Shown here one piece after another: positions 25,877 to 38,838 of a stretch of DNA of 64,000 bases. The stretch is from Candidatus Moraniibacteriota bacterium (lineage in GTDB: Bacteria; Patescibacteriota; Minisyncoccia; Moranbacterales; UBA1568). A model generated the notes under the pieces. That model did not search any database. It was not told the DNA's origin and saw only the letters and a list, made by a program, of their open reading frames with translations. The DNA lies in NCBI GenBank assembly GCA_017983435.1, contig JAGOBM010000002.1, positions 33,414 through 97,413 on the forward strand, read 5' to 3'. The first letter of the stretch is position 1; each line of letters opens with the position of its first letter. A program made the position numbers and the translations under genes.

Positions 25877-28800
25877 ATGTTCAAAAAAGTCGATCCGAAA
25901 GTCAGCTTTCCGCAGCTTGAAGAAGAGACGCTCAAATACTGGGAGGAGAACAAGATCTTCGAGCAATCGGTAGCGAACCGCGAGGGTAAGCCGAAGTATA
26001 GTTTCAATGATGGGCCGCCGTTTGCGACCGGGTTGCCGCACTATGGGCATATCGTGGCGAGTGTTATCAAAGACGCCATACCGCGGTATTGGGCGATGCG
26101 CGGGCATCAGGTAGAGCGCAAGTGGGGCTGGGACTGTCATGGTCTGCCAATCGAGAATATCGCGGAGAAGGAGCTCGGTATCAAACATAAGAAAGATATC
26201 GAGGCGATGGGCGTCGCGAAGTTCAATGAGTTCTGTCGCTCCAAGGTGCTTGAGTACGCGGCCGAGTGGGAAAAGGTCATACCGCGTATCGGACGCTGGG
26301 CTGACATGAAGAACGCCTACCGTACCATGGATAAGGAATATATGGAGAGTGTGTGGTGGGTATTCAAGGAGCTCTGGGATAAAGGACTTATTTACGAGAG
26401 CTACCGTTCGATGCATGTCTGTCCGCGCTGCGAGACGACGCTCAGTCAACAGGAGGTGAGCGAGGGATATGTCGACGTGAAGGACTTATCAGTGGTCGCG
26501 AAGTTCGAGCTGGTTGGTTCTGATGTCATTCCGGCCTCCGAGCCGGAATCTAGGGACTGGATCCCGGGTCAAGCCCGGGATGACAAGAAAACATATGTCT
26601 TGGCGTGGACGACGACGCCGTGGACGCTGCCAGGCAATGTGGCTTTGGCTGTTGGGAAGGATATTGTTTACACAAAATCAAAAGTAGCTGAAATTAATGG
26701 CAATAGTACTTTTAAGTTAGGAGAGACTTATATATTTGCAAAAAATCGAGCAAAAATTGCAGCTCATGAAATATTTGGTGGAAAGTTAGGGGAGACTCAG
26801 ATTACGACTTTTGATAAAAATGATGGAGTGTTGTGTTCTGCAGTTATTGCGAATGATGATGGCTCTGAAACTCAAATTGTATTCGATTCTGTTGATATCT
26901 TTGGTGAGAATTTGCTAGGACAATCCTACAAGCCGCTGTTCGATTACTACGCCAAGGATACGACGCTTCCGAACCACGAGAATGGCTGGAAGATCTACGC
27001 GGCGGATTTTGTGACGACCGAGGATGGCACGGGTGTGGTGCATATCGCGCCGGCATTCGGCGAGGACGACATGGAACTCGGCAAGAAAGAGAATCTGCCG
27101 TTCGTGCAGCATGTGCATCTTGATGGCACGATGAAAGCCGAAGTGACGGATTTTGCGGGCCAGCCGGTGAAACCGAAGGAGGCGCCGCAGTCGATGGATG
27201 TGGAAATCATCAAATACCTCGCGCACAAAGGACTGCTCTTCTCAAAGGAGAAATACGAGCACAGCTACCCGCACTGCTGGCGCTGCGATACGCCGCTCCT
27301 CAATTACGCGACGTCGTCGTGGTTTGTTTCTGTGACGAAGATAAAAGAAAAGATGCTTGAGCTTGCCAAAGATATCCATTGGTCGCCGGAGCATATCAAG
27401 GAAGGGCGTTTCGGAAAGTGGCTCGAGGGCGCGCGCGACTGGTCTATCAGCCGGCAGCGCTATTGGGCCTCTGTGATGCCGATCTGGAAGTGCGAGTGCG
27501 GCGAGATACAGGTTTTCGGATCGATTGCTGATTTGGAGACAGCGAGCGGACAGAAAGTGGATGACCTGCATAAGCATGTCGTCGATGAGATCTCGGTACC
27601 ATGTACGAAGTGCGGCGGGACGATGAAGCGTGTCCCGGATGTGCTCGATACTTGGTTCGATAGCGGTTCGATGCCGTATGCGCAGGAGCACTATCCATTT
27701 GCGAACGAGGAACATTTCAACAAGAGCTTCCCGGCGGATTTCATCGCGGAGGGAGTCGATCAGACGCGCGCGTGGTTCTACTATCAGCACGTCATCGGCA
27801 CGGCTATCAAGGACAGCGTTGCATTCAAAAATGTCATCGTGAACGGTATCGTGCAGGGTGAAGATGGCAAGAAGATGTCGAAGAAACTCAAGAATTATCC
27901 GGATCCGATGGAAATCGTGAACAAGCACGGGGCGGACGCGCTGCGCCTGTATCTCTTGTCCTCACCGATTGTCGCAGCCGAAAATCTCAATTTCTCCGAG
28001 CGCGACCTGACCGAGACCTCGCGCAACGTGTTTCGCATGCTGTGGAATTCATACTCGTTCTTCATGACATACGCGTCGATCGATGCATGGGAGCCGAAGC
28101 AGGATGTCGAGCCGTCGGCCAATCTGCTCGACCGCTGGATTACTTCCGAGCTCCAGCTGCTCATCAAAAATCTCGATCAGTCGATGGAAGTGTACGAGTT
28201 GAACAAAGCAGCGCGCCTCTTCATGCCGTTTATCGACAATCTCTCGAACTGGTATATTCGCCGGTCGCGGGATCGCTTCTGGAAAAATGAAAATGATAAC
28301 GATAAGGAAGCTGCCTATCAGACGCTCTATGATGTGCTCGTAACGCTCTCGGAGCTCATGGCACCGTTTACACCATTCCTGTCGGAGGAAATCTATCGCA
28401 ATCTGACCGGAGAAGCATCGGTGCATCTGGCGGATTGGCCTACTAATAATGGCTCAATTGATGAATTGCTGAATGACTTGATGAAGGATGTTCGGGAAAT
28501 TGTGAGCATCGGTCTACAGAAACGAGCCGAGGCGAAGATTAAAGTAAGGCAGCCATTGAATCAAATCCGTCTCAAGTCGGATACGTACAAGAAACTTCTT
28601 GACACAGTTTCTGATCCTAAAGACAAGATGTTTCTCGAGAATATTATCTTGAGCGAGCTTAATGTGAAGGGAATTTACTTTGATGGTTCTGCAGAGGAAA
28701 ATATTGTTCTTGATATCGAGCTCACTGATGATCTCAAGCTCGAAGGCGAGATGAACGAGATCAACCGGGCTATCCAGGATGGGCGCAAGAAGGCGGGCTT

Positions 28801-28987
28801 CAATGTGGAGGACCGTATCGTGCTCGGGTATATGGGCAAAGAGAACGTTTTCCAGAAATTCGGCGATGAGATCGCCAAGAAAGTCCTCGCGACTGAGGTG
28901 AAGAATGAAGATCTCGCTGAGGCTGAGTATCGCGAAACCATCACCATTGAAGGCGAGGAATTTACATTCTCTCTCAAGCGATCATAG
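25877..28987 (+). CDS. ileS: Isoleucyl-tRNA synthetase
   Basis: It is 1036 aa with PPFATGLPHYGHI (HIGH), KMSKKLKN (KMSKS), a CP1 editing region, and a C-terminal WRCDTP...CTKCGG zinc region. Confidence 0.95.
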   Translation: MFKKVDPKVSFPQLEEETLKYWEENKIFEQSVANREGKPKYSFNDGPPFATGLPHYGHIVASVIKDAIPRYWAMRGHQVERKWGWDCHGLPIENIAEKELGIKHKKDIEAMGVAKFNEFCRSKVLEYAAEWEKVIPRIGRWADMKNAYRTMDKEYMESVWWVFKELWDKGLIYESYRSMHVCPRCETTLSQQEVSEGYVDVKDLSVVAKFELVGSDVIPASEPESRDWIPGQARDDKKTYVLAWTTTPWTLPGNVALAVGKDIVYTKSKVAEINGNSTFKLGETYIFAKNRAKIAAHEIFGGKLGETQITTFDKNDGVLCSAVIANDDGSETQIVFDSVDIFGENLLGQSYKPLFDYYAKDTTLPNHENGWKIYAADFVTTEDGTGVVHIAPAFGEDDMELGKKENLPFVQHVHLDGTMKAEVTDFAGQPVKPKEAPQSMDVEIIKYLAHKGLLFSKEKYEHSYPHCWRCDTPLLNYATSSWFVSVTKIKEKMLELAKDIHWSPEHIKEGRFGKWLEGARDWSISRQRYWASVMPIWKCECGEIQVFGSIADLETASGQKVDDLHKHVVDEISVPCTKCGGTMKRVPDVLDTWFDSGSMPYAQEHYPFANEEHFNKSFPADFIAEGVDQTRAWFYYQHVIGTAIKDSVAFKNVIVNGIVQGEDGKKMSKKLKNYPDPMEIVNKHGADALRLYLLSSPIVAAENLNFSERDLTETSRNVFRMLWNSYSFFMTYASIDAWEPKQDVEPSANLLDRWITSELQLLIKNLDQSMEVYELNKAARLFMPFIDNLSNWYIRRSRDRFWKNENDNDKEAAYQTLYDVLVTLSELMAPFTPFLSEEIYRNLTGEASVHLADWPTNNGSIDELLNDLMKDVREIVSIGLQKRAEAKIKVRQPLNQIRLKSDTYKKLLDTVSDPKDKMFLENIILSELNVKGIYFDGSAEENIVLDIELTDDLKLEGEMNEINRAIQDGRKKAGFNVEDRIVLGYMGKENVFQKFGDEIAKKVLATEVKNEDLAEAEYRETITIEGEEFTFSLKRS

Positions 28988-29006
28988 GAAATTCTTTTCC
29001 GCCTCC

Positions 29007-29037
29007 GATATTCAATATTCCATATTCTCTATTCTTC
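29007..29037. repeat. GAATA-family repeat element (single arm, reverse orientation)
   Basis: GATATTCAATATTCCATATTCTCTATTCTTC lies between the ileS stop and the recO start. Confidence 0.55.
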
Positions 29038-29042
29038 TACCA

Positions 29043-29765
29043 ATGGAACTCCGCTATACCGCTATCGTGCTCAAGAAGAAAGAGGTCGGTGAAACCGATC
29101 GCTTGTATACGCTGTACACCGAAGAGCAGGGCAAGGTGCGGGTGGTCGCCAAGGGTGTGCGCAAGCCGGAAGCCAAGCTGGCGAGCCAGCTCGAGACGCT
29201 CACCTACGGCCTCGTCATCGTCGTGAAGGGCCGGGGCATGGGCAAGATCGCTGGCGCAGTGGCGGAAGATTTCTTCCCGCAGCTGCGGAATGATTTCGAT
29301 ATCCTGAAACGTATCCTGGAATCCATCAGTGTCTTCGAACGGCTTGTCGATCTGGATGAACCGGATAGTCGGCTCTTTGGATTGCTCAAGACCTATCTCA
29401 GTCTGGCAGAAGCCCTGGTGCGCGATGGCCAGTCGGAAAAAGTCTTCCTGCTTTCCGAAGGATTCCTGTTCCAGTTGTTCGCGCATCTCGGCTATGAAGT
29501 CGAGACAGGCGCTTGCGTCGTGTCTGGAGAGAAGCTCCGCCAGGGCGACCGGCATTTCTTCAGTCCGGGCCAGGGGGGCATGCTATCGGGCGAGCACAGC
29601 GCGCAATCCCGAGGAGCCTTCGCGGTCAGTGAGAATACGATCAAGCTCATCCGGCTTTTCCTTTCCAATCGGTTGGAGCACCTGCCGCGCATCACGGCTG
29701 AGGCCCGGGAGCTGCGTGAACTCCGCCAGGTAGCTGCGAGCTTCCTCCAGTGGATTGTTCGCTAG
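29043..29765 (+). CDS. recO: DNA repair protein RecO
   Basis: MELRYTAIVLKKKEVGETDRLYTLYTEEQGKVRVVAKGVRK matches the RecO N-terminal OB fold. Confidence 0.85.
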   Translation: MELRYTAIVLKKKEVGETDRLYTLYTEEQGKVRVVAKGVRKPEAKLASQLETLTYGLVIVVKGRGMGKIAGAVAEDFFPQLRNDFDILKRILESISVFERLVDLDEPDSRLFGLLKTYLSLAEALVRDGQSEKVFLLSEGFLFQLFAHLGYEVETGACVVSGEKLRQGDRHFFSPGQGGMLSGEHSAQSRGAFAVSENTIKLIRLFLSNRLEHLPRITAEARELRELRQVAASFLQWIVR

Positions 29766-29875
29766 AGAAATCGACGGCATTTGCCCTTGACAAAATATGG
29801 ATTGAGAGGTATAAAGAACCCTTGTAGTTTAACAACTTTTTGGGACTTCCATTCCCGATTTGAGAAGGAGCAAGC

Positions 29876-30850
29876 ATGCCGGATAAGACCTCCCCATTCA
29901 CCCTGTCGGATATCATCCTCTCGGTAGTGATCATCGTTCTGCTCATGGCGGCTCTCGCGGCTCCACAGGCAGGACGGATATCTGAACGCGCACCGAAAGT
30001 ATCGACATCCCAGAGCGTCGAAGCGCGCATATCGGTACCAGAGAAAGGCTCTGTAAAGCGAGAAATACGGCATATCGTCACTAAACATGATACCCTGGCC
30101 GCACTCGTCATCCGTTTCTGCGGCGGGCATCTCGGCTCACTCACCCGTGTCGTACGGGACAATGAGCTTGCCGACCCGAATGTCATCCATATCAACCAGG
30201 TACTCGTCTTCAAAGATGAATGCCTCTCTTCCCCGGAAAGAGCGAAAACGCAAAACGTTTCTCCGGGGAAGTTCGCCAAGCATGGTGCAGCTTCTCAGGA
30301 AAAACGCTTTTTAAAAAACTCTGATCCTGAGAAGCTTCGCTTCCGACAAACCCTCCTCGCTCGTCTCGGGCTCAAGAACGCCGATTGTCTCTATGTGGTG
30401 CATAAAGGCCGTTGGCAAGCGAATACACTCAAACGGAGCGAATGCATCCGTGAGAATTATGGCGATGTCATCCAGGCTGCTGCTCGAGAGCATCGGCTCC
30501 CGGCCACGCTTATCGAAGCCATCATCCATCAAGAGTCCGAAGGACGTCCTGATGCTGTCTCTCCCACCGGATGCAAAGGCATCATGCAGTTCGAAAGTCG
30601 GACTGCTAGGGGATATGGTGTCAAAGATGCCTACGATCCGTTTGAGAGCATTCCGAAAGGAGCGCATGTCTTAGCGGATTATATCCGTCAGTTCCGCGGC
30701 GACCTCAATCGAGGCATCGCTTCCTACAACCAGGGACCCGGATCCGTCCGTGATCTGATCCGCCAAGGTGGCAATACGCACACGCTTCCGTATGTCGTGA
30801 AGGTACAAAAAGTGTTCCGATTGCTCGAGTCCCAAGCTCAAACCAAGTAA
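29876..30850 (+). CDS. Membrane-anchored LysM-domain lytic transglycosylase (SLT domain)
   Basis: It has an N-terminal TM segment and a LysM domain (HIVTKHDTLAALVIRF...INQVLVF). The SLT catalytic region is LIEAIIHQESEGRPDAVSPTGCKGIMQF...ASYNQGPG. Confidence 0.8.
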   Translation: MPDKTSPFTLSDIILSVVIIVLLMAALAAPQAGRISERAPKVSTSQSVEARISVPEKGSVKREIRHIVTKHDTLAALVIRFCGGHLGSLTRVVRDNELADPNVIHINQVLVFKDECLSSPERAKTQNVSPGKFAKHGAASQEKRFLKNSDPEKLRFRQTLLARLGLKNADCLYVVHKGRWQANTLKRSECIRENYGDVIQAAAREHRLPATLIEAIIHQESEGRPDAVSPTGCKGIMQFESRTARGYGVKDAYDPFESIPKGAHVLADYIRQFRGDLNRGIASYNQGPGSVRDLIRQGGNTHTLPYVVKVQKVFRLLESQAQTK

Positions 30851-30957
30851 GGAGAAATCTTCTCCTCTCCCGCCTGTCATCTTTTTGATGACAGGCTTTT
30901 TCTTTGTTCCGCGGCGTCGATTTGGTATACTGGAAGCATAAAACACAAACATATCCT

Positions 30958-33997
<3,040 letters not shown>

Positions 33998-34046
33998 TCC
34001 AGCTGCAGAAACAGGGCGAGAGCCTCTAAACAGAAAAGAAAATCAT

Positions 34047-36788
34047 ATGGCACAGAAACCGTTTTACCAGTATGCGCCGGAGGAAGCAGTGAAAGAACTT
34101 CGGAGCTCGATGTCAGGGCTGTCGCAGGCGGAAGCGGATGAGAGGATCAAGATTTCTGGTCTGAATCGTATCGAGCAGAAACACAAATTCGTCGCGCTCA
34201 AGCTGTTTGTGAAGCAGTTTAATGATGTCTTCGTATGGATCCTGGCGACGGCTGGTATTTTTGCCTTCGCGCTCGGTGAGATGCGCGATGCCGGCATCGT
34301 CGCGGTCATCGTCCTCGTCAATGCGACTATCGGTTTCATACAGGAATACAAGGCGGAGCAGATCATTGAGAAGCTGGCTCGTTTTGTCTCGGATACGACG
34401 GTCGTGTTTCGGGACGGGGAAAAGAAGGAGATTCCGGCTACTGATATCGTACCCGGCGATATCGTCTATCTGGATGCCGGCTCGAGCGTCCCGGCCGACG
34501 GCTATGTGATCGAGGCATACAATTTCAAAGTGCAAAGCTTCATCTTTACCGGCGAATCAGTACCGGAAAAGCGCCAGCCGGGAGCGATGACGGGTACCGT
34601 AGCGAGGAACGATATCGAGAACCTCGTCTATATGGGTGAATCAGTGGTGCTCGGCGAGGCAAAAGTACTCGTGCTCTCGACCGGTGCCGGTACGGATCTC
34701 GGACAGATGGCTGAGATGACGCATGCGATCAAACAGGAACCGACGCCGCTCCAGAAGAAGATGGAACACTTCGCCCGGAGCATCGCGCTGCTCTCGATCG
34801 CGATCGGCAGCATCGTGGTGGTGATCGCCCGGTATCAGGATTTTTCCTTCTATGAGAGTTTTCTGATCGGGCTCGCGCTCGCGGTTTCGGTCGTGCCGGA
34901 AGGCTTGCCGGCTGCCATGTCGGTCGCGTTTGCACTCGGCATGAAACGGCTGTTCAAGCATCATGTGCTCGCGAAGCGTCTCTCATCAGTCGAGACGCTC
35001 GGATCGGTTTCGATTATCTGTACTGATAAGACCGGGACAATCACCAAGAATGAGCTCTCAGTGACGGACATCGTGCTCGGTACGGAGACATTTGCAGTGA
35101 GCGGGTCGGGGTATGAGCCAAAGGGAGACTTCTCCCGTGATGGTGTGACGATCAATCCGGCCGAGATCCCGGGAGCTGAGATGCTCTTCCGTATCGGGAC
35201 GCTCGCCAATGACGCTTCGCTCTCGCGTAAGGACGGCCGGCCGATCATCATCGGTGATCCGACCGAAGGAGCAATTATCGTGGCGGCTCGCAAGTACAAT
35301 CCGCGCCCAGACTTCTTCGAAATCGGATTCCATAAAGTGGCGGAGCAGCCGTTTACATCGGAGCGCCGCCGCATGAGCGTGCTCTATGAGAATGCCGAGA
35401 CGCGCTCGTACGTGAAGGGATCGCCCGATTCGCTGCTCGAGCTGGCGACGGAATGGATCGATGGCGGAGTACGCAAGCCGTTTGCTCCGGCCGATAAGGA
35501 TCGGATTCGGAAGATTTGTGATGATATGTCTTCGCAGGCTCTGCGCGTGCTCGCTTTTGCCTATCGTGATCTCGATGCAGTGCCGAGAGAACAGCGGCAG
35601 GAAGAAATGGAGCGCGATCTCGTCTGGGTCGGCATGATGGCGATGATCGATCCGCCACGCGAAGGGCTGCGTGAAGCTATCGATCGCTGTCGAACCCTCG
35701 GAGTGAAAGTCGTGATGGTGACGGGTGATTATGAGAAGACGGCCCGCGCGATCGCCGAAAAGATCGGGCTCTGCCAGGCTGGAGAGACCGTCCGGGTTAT
35801 CAATGGGGCTTCGTTCCCAGTACTGTCCGACCGAGAGATTTTGTCGGCGGCTCGTGCTGGGGCTATATTTGCGCGTATCGCTCCGGATCAGAAGTTTCGT
35901 CTCGCTTCGGTCCTGCAGGTCGCCGGCGAAGTGGTCGCGATGACCGGCGACGGGGTCAACGACGCGCTCGCGCTCAAGAAGGCTGATATCGGTATCGCGA
36001 TGGGTATCACAGGGACAGATGTCTCCAAGGATGCCGCTGATATGATACTGCTTGATGATCATTTCTCATCCATTGTCCGCGCGGTCCGCGAAGGGCGGAC
36101 TATCTTCGAGAATCTCCGCAAATCGGTACACTATGTCTTCACCTCCAATGCGAGTGAGCTTTTCACAGTGCTGCTCGGTTTCCTCTTCGGTATCCCGTCG
36201 CCGATCACTGCGGTGCAGATCTTGTCGATCGACCTGGCAACCGATGTCTTCCCGTCGTTTGCGCTCGGCGTGGAGCCGGAGGAGCCGGACGCCCGGCAGG
36301 ATGCCTCGACGGCCGGCCGCCGGGTCATGGATATGCGGGGAGTCGTCCGTATCCTGATGCTCGGCGCTCTCATGGCGCTCGGCGCGGTCGCGACGTTTGT
36401 CTTTGTGCTCTACCGCGGCGGCTGGGAATGGGGATCGGCACTCGATCTCGAGAGCGCGCTCTATCGTCACGCAACGACCGCTGCCTATCTCACGCTGGCA
36501 CTCACGCAGATGGCCAACCTTCTCCAGTCGCGGAGCGAGACCCGATCATTCTTCCGGATGCCGTTTTTCTCGAACCCATGGATATTTGTCGGTATGGGCA
36601 TATCGGTCCTGATACTCTTCATGTTTACCAATCTGCCATTCTTTCACGCATTGCTCGGTATGGCACCGGTCGACGGCATCGATTGGTTGGTCGCTCTCGG
36701 CTGCACGCTGATTGTCTTCTGCTTCGAAGAATTACGGAAGCTGCACACAGCGCATCAGGTTATCAAAGAAAAAAGACAGTCAAAATGA
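34047..36788 (+). CDS. P-type cation-transporting ATPase (type IIA, Ca2+/Mg2+-like)
   Basis: CTDKTGTITKN is the phosphorylation site. MVTGDYEKTA, TGDGVNDALALKKADIGIAMG and ten predicted TM helices are present. Confidence 0.9.
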   Translation: MAQKPFYQYAPEEAVKELRSSMSGLSQAEADERIKISGLNRIEQKHKFVALKLFVKQFNDVFVWILATAGIFAFALGEMRDAGIVAVIVLVNATIGFIQEYKAEQIIEKLARFVSDTTVVFRDGEKKEIPATDIVPGDIVYLDAGSSVPADGYVIEAYNFKVQSFIFTGESVPEKRQPGAMTGTVARNDIENLVYMGESVVLGEAKVLVLSTGAGTDLGQMAEMTHAIKQEPTPLQKKMEHFARSIALLSIAIGSIVVVIARYQDFSFYESFLIGLALAVSVVPEGLPAAMSVAFALGMKRLFKHHVLAKRLSSVETLGSVSIICTDKTGTITKNELSVTDIVLGTETFAVSGSGYEPKGDFSRDGVTINPAEIPGAEMLFRIGTLANDASLSRKDGRPIIIGDPTEGAIIVAARKYNPRPDFFEIGFHKVAEQPFTSERRRMSVLYENAETRSYVKGSPDSLLELATEWIDGGVRKPFAPADKDRIRKICDDMSSQALRVLAFAYRDLDAVPREQRQEEMERDLVWVGMMAMIDPPREGLREAIDRCRTLGVKVVMVTGDYEKTARAIAEKIGLCQAGETVRVINGASFPVLSDREILSAARAGAIFARIAPDQKFRLASVLQVAGEVVAMTGDGVNDALALKKADIGIAMGITGTDVSKDAADMILLDDHFSSIVRAVREGRTIFENLRKSVHYVFTSNASELFTVLLGFLFGIPSPITAVQILSIDLATDVFPSFALGVEPEEPDARQDASTAGRRVMDMRGVVRILMLGALMALGAVATFVFVLYRGGWEWGSALDLESALYRHATTAAYLTLALTQMANLLQSRSETRSFFRMPFFSNPWIFVGMGISVLILFMFTNLPFFHALLGMAPVDGIDWLVALGCTLIVFCFEELRKLHTAHQVIKEKRQSK

Positions 36789-36821
36789 TTTGACTGTCTT
36801 TGACTGGGAAGCGGTTGCTTC

Positions 36822-37151
36822 TCAGTAGATGGGCATTTCCCGCTCGACCTGCTTGCAGCGTGAGAGGAGTGTACGCCCGGCTTTGATCGCGTAGGCTGAT
36901 CCGAGGAGATCAGGAGGAATGCTATCGACCTGCGGGTTGAAGGCCTGGATGATGGCGTCCGGATTGCAGGTCGCGATGTGCAGGCTGAGCAGGCTGGTTT
37001 CCAGGAGACAAGTGGTGTCCCGGTGATCTTTCAGACTGGCGAGCAGGCGGGTGTCGTTCGGAAAGAGCTCTGCGATGAGAGCGTTGAATTCCTGAGTGAA
37101 GGGTGTGACAGTTTGGGCTTGCTGGAGCAGGACTGCGGATGCGTGGGTCAT
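36822..37151 (-). CDS. Hypothetical protein (109 aa)
   Basis: It is the only sizeable ORF between convergent and divergent neighbours. No family was recognised. Confidence 0.4.
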   Translation of the reverse strand: MTHASAVLLQQAQTVTPFTQEFNALIAELFPNDTRLLASLKDHRDTTCLLETSLLSLHIATCNPDAIIQAFNPQVDSIPPDLLGSAYAIKAGRTLLSRCKQVEREMPIY

Positions 37152-37351
37152 AGTGGACTCCTCGAAAGGTACGGCTGGGAAAAAAGCGGATGGTATCCGC
37201 CATCGGAACTGTTAAAGAATCTTGCCAGCATAGAACGAAAGCCGCTCTTCGTCAATGCGTGGGCTAGCGGGAGCTAGACAGCTTTTCTGGAGAGCATTTT
37301 TTTGACTTTTGGCTTGAAAAAGGGTAGATTCGAAAGACAAGACGTATTTTT

Positions 37352-38791
37352 TTGAAGAATTTTCCTATGGCAGAACAGAAAAATGAGCGGATGGAGAAAA
37401 TAGTGTCGCTCTGCAAGCGGCGCGGGTTCGTGTTTCCTTCTTCTGAGATCTATGGTGGCTTCGGCGCGATCTATGATTACGGCCACTATGGGACGCTGCT
37501 CAAGAACAATATCCGCGATGCCTGGTGGAAGGCGATGGTGCAGGAACGTGATGACACGGTCGGTCTCGATAGCGCGATCTTCATGCATCCGAAGACCTGG
37601 GTGGCTTCCGGTCATGTCGAGGGGTTCAATGATCCGCAGGTGGATTGCCGCCAGTGCAAGAGCCGCTTCCGGGCGGACCACATCCTCGAGGAATTCGGGG
37701 TGAACGCCGACAAGGCGCCGCTCGATTTTATCAATGCCGAGCTCGGCAAGCTGCGCGAGGCAGGCAAGCTCGTCTGTGCGAGCTGCGGATCGAAAGACAT
37801 GACCGACGCGAAAGTGTTCTCGCTCATGGTGAAGTCGAATCTCGGGTCGCCGACGGATGCTCTGTCCGAGGACACGGTCGTCTATCTGCGTCCGGAAACC
37901 TGCGGCGGCATCTATCTTGAATACAAGAACACGGTGAACTCGGCTCGGGTCAAGCTGCCGTTCGGCATAGCGCAGGTCGGCAAGGCGTTCCGCAATGAGA
38001 TCGTCGCCCGGCAATTCATCTTCCGTACCCGCGAATTCGAGCAGATGGAGATGCAGTATTTTCATCATCCGTCGCAGACCACCGAGAAATACGCCGAGTG
38101 GCAGGCAGCCAGGTGGGCCTGGTACCGTGAATTCGGCATTCCGGAAGACAAGATCCGCTGGTACAAGCACGAGAAGCTCGCGCACTATGCGTCGGAAGCC
38201 TATGACATCGAGTATGATTTCGCGGCACTCGGCGGCTTCAAAGAAGTCGAGGGGATACATGCGCGCGGCGATTGGGATCTCTCCCAGCACAGCAAGTTCT
38301 CGGGTGAGGACCTCTCGTATTTCGATGAGAAGACCGGCGAGCGCTTCATCCCGCATATCATGGAGACCTCGGTCGGTCTGGCTCGCCTTTTCCTCATGTT
38401 CGTTGATCAGGCCTATGTCGAAGAGGAAGTGAAGCCGGGTGATATCCGCTCAGTCCTCAAGATCGATCGCCGGTTGGCTCCGGTCAAAGTGGCTATCTTC
38501 CCACTCCTCAAGAACAAGCCCGAGCTCGTCGGTAAGGCGCGCGAGATCTACGATGCTCTCAAGAAAGAATGGCAGTGCGAGTTTGATGACAACGGCAATG
38601 TCGGCAAGCGCTATCGCCGCCAGGACGAGATTGGCACGCCATACTGCGTGACGGTCGATTTTGACACGATCGGAGCAGGAGACGATTCGGCGCTCACTGG
38701 TACCGTCACTGTCCGCGATCGCGACACCATGGAGCAAGTCCGCATCAAAGCCGATGAGCTTGAGCGGTATTTCGCCGAACGCCTGAGATAA
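37352..38791 (+). CDS. glyQS: Glycyl-tRNA synthetase (alpha2 dimeric type)
   Basis: RGFVFPSSEIYGGFGAIYDYGHYG...FRNEIVARQFIFRTREFEQMEMQYF is class II motif 2, followed by a C-terminal anticodon-binding domain. Confidence 0.9.
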   Translation: MKNFPMAEQKNERMEKIVSLCKRRGFVFPSSEIYGGFGAIYDYGHYGTLLKNNIRDAWWKAMVQERDDTVGLDSAIFMHPKTWVASGHVEGFNDPQVDCRQCKSRFRADHILEEFGVNADKAPLDFINAELGKLREAGKLVCASCGSKDMTDAKVFSLMVKSNLGSPTDALSEDTVVYLRPETCGGIYLEYKNTVNSARVKLPFGIAQVGKAFRNEIVARQFIFRTREFEQMEMQYFHHPSQTTEKYAEWQAARWAWYREFGIPEDKIRWYKHEKLAHYASEAYDIEYDFAALGGFKEVEGIHARGDWDLSQHSKFSGEDLSYFDEKTGERFIPHIMETSVGLARLFLMFVDQAYVEEEVKPGDIRSVLKIDRRLAPVKVAIFPLLKNKPELVGKAREIYDALKKEWQCEFDDNGNVGKRYRRQDEIGTPYCVTVDFDTIGAGDDSALTGTVTVRDRDTMEQVRIKADELERYFAERLR

Positions 38792-38804
38792 TGCTGATTT
38801 TTCC

Positions 38805-38834
38805 CTATTCAATATTCTAAATTCCATATTCTAC
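38805..38834. repeat. GAATA-family repeat element (reverse orientation)
   Basis: CTATTCAATATTCTAAATTCCATATTCTAC lies immediately upstream of the M16 peptidase start. Confidence 0.55.
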
Positions 38835-38838
38835 CCGC

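Noticed and set aside
27242-27928. 228-aa minus-strand ORF and other ORFs inside ileS
   Set aside because: They are antisense to ileS.
35058-36062. 334-aa minus-strand ORF
   Set aside because: It is antisense to the P-type ATPase gene.
37274-38356. 360-aa ORF on the minus strand
   Set aside because: It is entirely antisense to glyQS, which has clear class II synthetase motifs, and it has an Arg/Leu-rich composition typical of a GC-rich antisense frame.
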